A stretch of DNA of 64,000 nucleotides from Candidatus Falkowbacteria bacterium (lineage in GTDB: Bacteria; Patescibacteriota; Patescibacteriia; Patescibacteriales; UBA12075). Location: the NCBI GenBank assembly GCA_043801965.1, contig JAZDLN010000024.1, positions 6,670-70,669 of the forward strand, written 5' to 3'. Every line of letters begins with the position of its first letter. Positions within the stretch are counted from its first letter, which is position 1. A program made the position numbers and the translations under genes. Positions 60,386 to 64,000 of the stretch are shown here, one piece after another. The notes below the pieces were generated by a model. That model worked only from the letters and a program-made list of their open reading frames with translations. It was not told the origin of the DNA and searched no databases.

Positions 60386-61687
60386 TTATTTAAGGATGAT
60401 TGGCGCTAAAATACGATCGCTTTGCCAGTACTCACAGCCTTTTTGCGGGCAAACCCGGCAGATCCGGCTGTCTATATTCCGAAAACCGGCCTCGCCCAGC
60501 TTCTTTAGGTGTTCCGGAGAAAAACGGTCTATTTCGTCAGAGTAGTACGTAAGGATACCGCCGCTCCTAAGGAGGCGATAAGCTTCCTTAAAGAAAAAAA
60601 AGTGGTTTTTGTGAACCTCTTCTTCCGTCAAAGGATAAGTATCGAACAAAATGCCATCAAAACTGCCGTCTTTAAGAGTCGGGGTAACTTCCTGCCAGAA
60701 TCCGAAAAGCGGTTTAACCGGGCGCGAAGCGGAACGGGCGAAAGATAAAAGATCGTCATAGATCTTTTTATTGGCCTCGATCACGGCATGGCTCGAGATG
60801 GCGTGTTTTTGGATATAACCCGCCGATATTCCCATGCCGAATCCCACCTCAAGGATATCGCCGCCCCGAGCACAAACGATCTCCGCCAGATCTTTCATGT
60901 AGTTATCTTCCCAGTCTTCCATTACCGGGTGGTTTTCGATCTTAAGGTTATGACCGTTGCATGAAACGGATGAATTTTTCCATTTATCATAGCAATAGCT
61001 GAACCCTATCCTTAAACGGTTTCTGAAAGTCGCGTCCCGCGCGTCGCCGAAAAAACCGGCGGATGTCGCTTTTTTCCGATAATAAAGCCCGGCGATACCG
61101 GCCAGAATAACGGTAGAGGCGAGCGTAACGGCAAAGAGCGGCCAATCCGCGAACCACCAGGCGTAAACCGTCCAGGCGGCGTTTATGAAGCCGTAAAAAA
61201 TAACGAGATGGATATCGATCGCGCCTACGCTAGGACTGCGGCGCAATTCCCACAGCTGGAATAATAAAAATACGACATTGGCGAACGCGAACAAGGAATA
61301 AAAAAATAGCTTAACCGGAAGAACGATCATCGCGAAGAGAGCGCAGCCGCATAAAAACAATAACGCGATATGCCTTCGTGAAAGACCGTTGAATTTAGCC
61401 AATCCGATGACGATCGGGATCGTAAAAATAAAAAGCAGCCCGTTTATCGCTAAGGCGCCTTCATGCCGTTCCAGTCCGTAGACGAAAAGGGAAGCGAAAA
61501 GGAAGGGCAGGAACAGGAACAGATCGACGGACAAAGACCGTCCGGATCGATTCCGCCAGATTATCCGGTTCTGTCTCAAGAACAGGATCGCCTCAACAAT
61601 CGTGAATAAAATTACGACCCCGGCGCAGATGGTTTCAAAATTTAAACCAAACTGCCGCCATTCGAGAAAACTTTCGATCCAATCCAT
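60386..61687 (-). CDS. fusion: ~7-TM domain (PQ-loop-like, tentative) + guanidinoacetate N-methyltransferase (GAMT/RMT2)-like class I methyltransferase
   Basis: 433 aa. C-terminal half PVMEDWEDNYMKDLAEIVCARGGDILEVGFGMGISAGYIQ...FDGILFDTYPLTEEE...LLRSGGILTY...EAGFRNI is collinear with human GAMT as I recall it ([40 protein letters not shown]...FDGILYDTYPLSEET...LLKPGGVLTY...EAGFRRE). The N-terminal half has about 7 hydrophobic helices. Confidence 0.75.
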   Translation of the reverse strand: MDWIESFLEWRQFGLNFETICAGVVILFTIVEAILFLRQNRIIWRNRSGRSLSVDLFLFLPFLFASLFVYGLERHEGALAINGLLFIFTIPIVIGLAKFNGLSRRHIALLFLCGCALFAMIVLPVKLFFYSLFAFANVVFLLFQLWELRRSPSVGAIDIHLVIFYGFINAAWTVYAWWFADWPLFAVTLASTVILAGIAGLYYRKKATSAGFFGDARDATFRNRLRIGFSYCYDKWKNSSVSCNGHNLKIENHPVMEDWEDNYMKDLAEIVCARGGDILEVGFGMGISAGYIQKHAISSHAVIEANKKIYDDLLSFARSASRPVKPLFGFWQEVTPTLKDGSFDGILFDTYPLTEEEVHKNHFFFFKEAYRLLRSGGILTYYSDEIDRFSPEHLKKLGEAGFRNIDSRICRVCPQKGCEYWQSDRILAPIILK

Positions 61688-62130
61688 CTTAGAGCTCCTT
61701 TCCGCTGTTTATGCTTTAATTTTTTAAAGAACAATAAATTATTTGCGTCTGATTATTGATATAACTATAGCACAATCGATATGAAATTTTTATAAAAAAA
61801 ATATAAAGAACAAATTAAACTTACTTACCTTAAACAAAATAAAGCATTAAAAATATTTAAAAATATGAAGAATAAATTAAAAATAATAAATTTAAGTCGG
61901 TAAAAAAATAATTGTGTATAAAAACAGCCCTGGAGAAAAAGGCTGTTTTGTGATTGGGGAAATTTTATATCTTTTTTCAGAATCTTTCAACTAATTTCTT
62001 TACATGGGCTTTCGTATTTTAAAATCGCCAAACTCTTTATTTCCAACCGCCCGAATTTATCCCGGGATTTTTTTATTTTTCCCGCGACATGTTATAATAT
62101 TACTATACTTAATTTTTCTAAATTTTTTTA

Positions 62131-62513
62131 TGACTGACGACAAACAAATTACTACTAACGAAATCCCCTGGTACTTCGGCCGTAAATTCTGGGGACTAAT
62201 GATCGGGCTATCGGCTTTGCCGGGTTTATTTATGACGGTATCCTATGCCCATCTATGGGGTATAATTATGTTCATTTTAGGTATATCGGAAGGATTTGTC
62301 CACTTGGTATTATCCAAGCTAAGTCTATGGGGTGCTGTCAAATTAACTACTATACTGTATTATGATATATTATACTATATTATATTATTGTTGCTTTTTT
62401 ATTTGTCATTCAGAAAAAAAAGGGTTAATATCGTGCTTTCTATAATAATAATAATAATAATAATAATAAGTACTTATGGATTAACTGTAATTGCCGTCGC
62501 TTCCAAATTTTAA
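62131..62513 (+). CDS. small AT-rich hypothetical membrane protein
   Basis: The track ORF starts at 62004. I prefer ATG 62131 (MTDDKQITTNEIPWYF...), preceded by catgTTATAATatt. 3-4 TM helices. Contains a poly-Ile run. Its stop overlaps the stop of the convergent 62510 gene. Confidence 0.45.
62442..62468 (+). repeat. (ATA)9 trinucleotide microsatellite inside the small membrane ORF
   Basis: Nine consecutive in-frame ATA codons encoding I9. Confidence 0.95.
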
Positions 62514-64000
62514 TTACCTAATTTGAATATACTTACCTCAAAGCCAAAATCCAAAAACTCTGGAATATGAATATCGCCCCATCCGGTATGAATAATTTTT
62601 TTATCGGGCACTCTGAATTCTAATTTGATCGCGTCCGTAAATCTGTCCGGCGCAAAGACGTATTCTATAAATTCCTCAATTTCGGGGAATTTTTTTATGA
62701 TTTGCGCGCAGACCGGCTTAAGCATCGGCTCGTCTTTGAGCAATATCTTTTTCATGAGCCAGGGCATATTAGCGGGCAGATCCGATTCCGTGCCGGTGAA
62801 TACACACTGGTTATACGGACTGGCGATTTCCAGATAGGGCGTTCCGTCCGTAGTCGTGCCGGTAAAATTCAGCCACTGAACATCTTCTTTGTTTATATCT
62901 TTGATCTCTATTCGGAGCGGACCGGAAATATTTTCAGTTGTCGTGTTCTTAAGTCTGATATTCGTGTGCTTAATGCCGGTTTTGGGGTCGTAATGCCGCC
63001 AAGTTTTGTGCGTTTCAACACTTTCTGTTATATCCTGCCATCTTGGCGCGCCGATGGCGTAGCGGGAGAAATGATTAGTGGTAATAGTTAGAATGTTATT
63101 GAAAGTATTTATAATCGTAGGCAATTTTTCCCAAATATCAGTATCTTCATTATAGAGATACGCGCTTAAATACTCCTCCTCTATTCCAAGCTCGTCTACC
63201 AGCTGCTGGTCATATTTCAGGCTGACTTCGGCCGCAAATTCGTAATTGGTCAGGCTGGAAAAGATGTCCCAATAAGCCGGCAACATTATTAAATCGTTCA
63301 AATTTTCTCCTTGTGTTATAATCTCGTCGTATTTATTCACTTCAAGGGTGTGTCCGGCAATCGGGCTTTCCGCGAACTGTAAAATGATATCGGATTTGTC
63401 CAGATCGAAAAAATATTCGTTGTTATTTATCGTGAATACCGGCGTGATGGCGGTAACACCGGACCATTCAATCGGGTTTTGGAACATAACACCGTCCTCC
63501 CGATAATACGGGCCTTGTGGGCCGCTATTATCGATAAATAAATCACTTGCATCAACTCCCCATCTTCCCTCATAACCCTTAAGCCATCCCGGATTACTAT
63601 CTAAATCAAACTTTATATCCCAAACAGTGCTGCTGGCAACATCGCCACTATCCGAAGTGTGATCACTATAACCGAGTATACCATGCAAACCGTTATCTCC
63701 GTTATTCGGATAATTGGCGTGCGAACCGCGGGCCACGAACGATTTGACTCGATCTCCCTCTTTTTCTATTTCCTCACTATCCCAGGAGTGGCGCACCGAA
63801 CCGTATTGAAACGGCGGATTTACTTCGCCCTCGTTATGATGTTGAGAATAAGCCACATACTTGGGTTCTTCGGTGTCTTTATCTAAAAACACCATGACCG
63901 TTTCCCAGTCGCCTTCGTGGTTATTTATTCCGCCCCAGGCTTCCCAGTCGTTGAACGCGTAAAAATACCAGTACTGCAAAACAATGAATTCGTGCGTGTA
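62510..64000 (-). CDS. Vps62/DUF946-like domain protein, N-terminus beyond window edge
   Basis: YWYFYAFNDWEAWGGINNHEGDWETVMVFLDKD matches the DUF946/Vps62 signature (YW.FY..N......HEGDWE). The frame is still open upstream of the track's TTG start (YTHEFIVLQYWYFY), so the gene is 5'-partial. Confidence 0.55.
   Translation of the reverse strand, partial: YTHEFIVLQYWYFYAFNDWEAWGGINNHEGDWETVMVFLDKDTEEPKYVAYSQHHNEGEVNPPFQYGSVRHSWDSEEIEKEGDRVKSFVARGSHANYPNNGDNGLHGILGYSDHTSDSGDVASSTVWDIKFDLDSNPGWLKGYEGRWGVDASDLFIDNSGPQGPYYREDGVMFQNPIEWSGVTAITPVFTINNNEYFFDLDKSDIILQFAESPIAGHTLEVNKYDEIITQGENLNDLIMLPAYWDIFSSLTNYEFAAEVSLKYDQQLVDELGIEEEYLSAYLYNEDTDIWEKLPTIINTFNNILTITTNHFSRYAIGAPRWQDITESVETHKTWRHYDPKTGIKHTNIRLKNTTTENISGPLRIEIKDINKEDVQWLNFTGTTTDGTPYLEIASPYNQCVFTGTESDLPANMPWLMKKILLKDEPMLKPVCAQIIKKFPEIEEFIEYVFAPDRFTDAIKLEFRVPDKKIIHTGWGDIHIPEFLDFGFEVSIFKLGN

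Noticed and set aside
62004-62130. Upstream part of the track ORF 62004..62513.
   Set aside because: It begins in promoter-like AT-rich sequence containing a TGTTATAAT element. The ATG at 62131 downstream of that element is the more plausible start. The whole ORF remains low confidence.
1-64000. tRNA, rRNA, tmRNA, RNase P or SRP RNA genes in the spacers.
   Set aside because: None of the spacers shows a cloverleaf-compatible arrangement or the conserved SRP/tmRNA/RNase P motifs I can recall. This was a by-eye check only; tRNAscan-SE/Infernal should be run to confirm.

Overview
Gene-dense window with almost every gene on the minus strand. Gene content suggests a small-genome Patescibacteria/CPR-type bacterium; that placement is inference only. 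Standard genetic code fits. Left to right:

- **1-2520:** argS (cut by the window edge) and tyrS.
- **2.6-33.8 kb, cell-surface block:** two membrane-anchored cohesin-like proteins, a Cys-rich dockerin protein, and a 604-aa secreted protein paralogous to the giant protein's C-terminus. Also a MacB/FtsX-type ABC exporter, a 4x Fn3 protein, and a 5,793-aa giant surface protein (2x glycine-rich domain, 2x DUF2341+LamG, 5x Fn3).
- **Four-helix-bundle genes:** two genes of the 23S-rRNA-IVS-protein/Avd-like family. Each sits between inverted low-complexity arms.
- **33.8-42.2 kb, island bracketed by two paralogous pilin genes:** a Fic-HTH protein, a HAF/PKD secreted protein, a decayed RhuM-Doc gene, a class-A beta-lactamase-like hydrolase and an IMPase-like protein. 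The island has its own terminator family and a two-copy ~165-nt composite GC-rich repeat.
- **42.2-50.7 kb, type IV pilus cluster:** pilin, PilM-TM-SH3, minor pilins, PilC and PilB, interleaved with CheY-only response regulators.
- **50.8-59.1 kb:** three histidine kinases, a REC-PAS protein, and ssb with a GC-rich structured leader.
- **59.2-61.7 kb:** GNAT, AdoMetDC-like, and a 7-TM + GAMT-like methyltransferase fusion.
- **62.1-64.0 kb:** a small AT-rich membrane ORF and a partial Vps62/DUF946-like gene.

Most intergenic spacers are long hairpins whose arms are built from short repeated words. I recognised no rRNA, tRNA, CRISPR, transposase, integrase or reverse transcriptase. All homology statements come from reading the translations and recalling family motifs, not from database searches.
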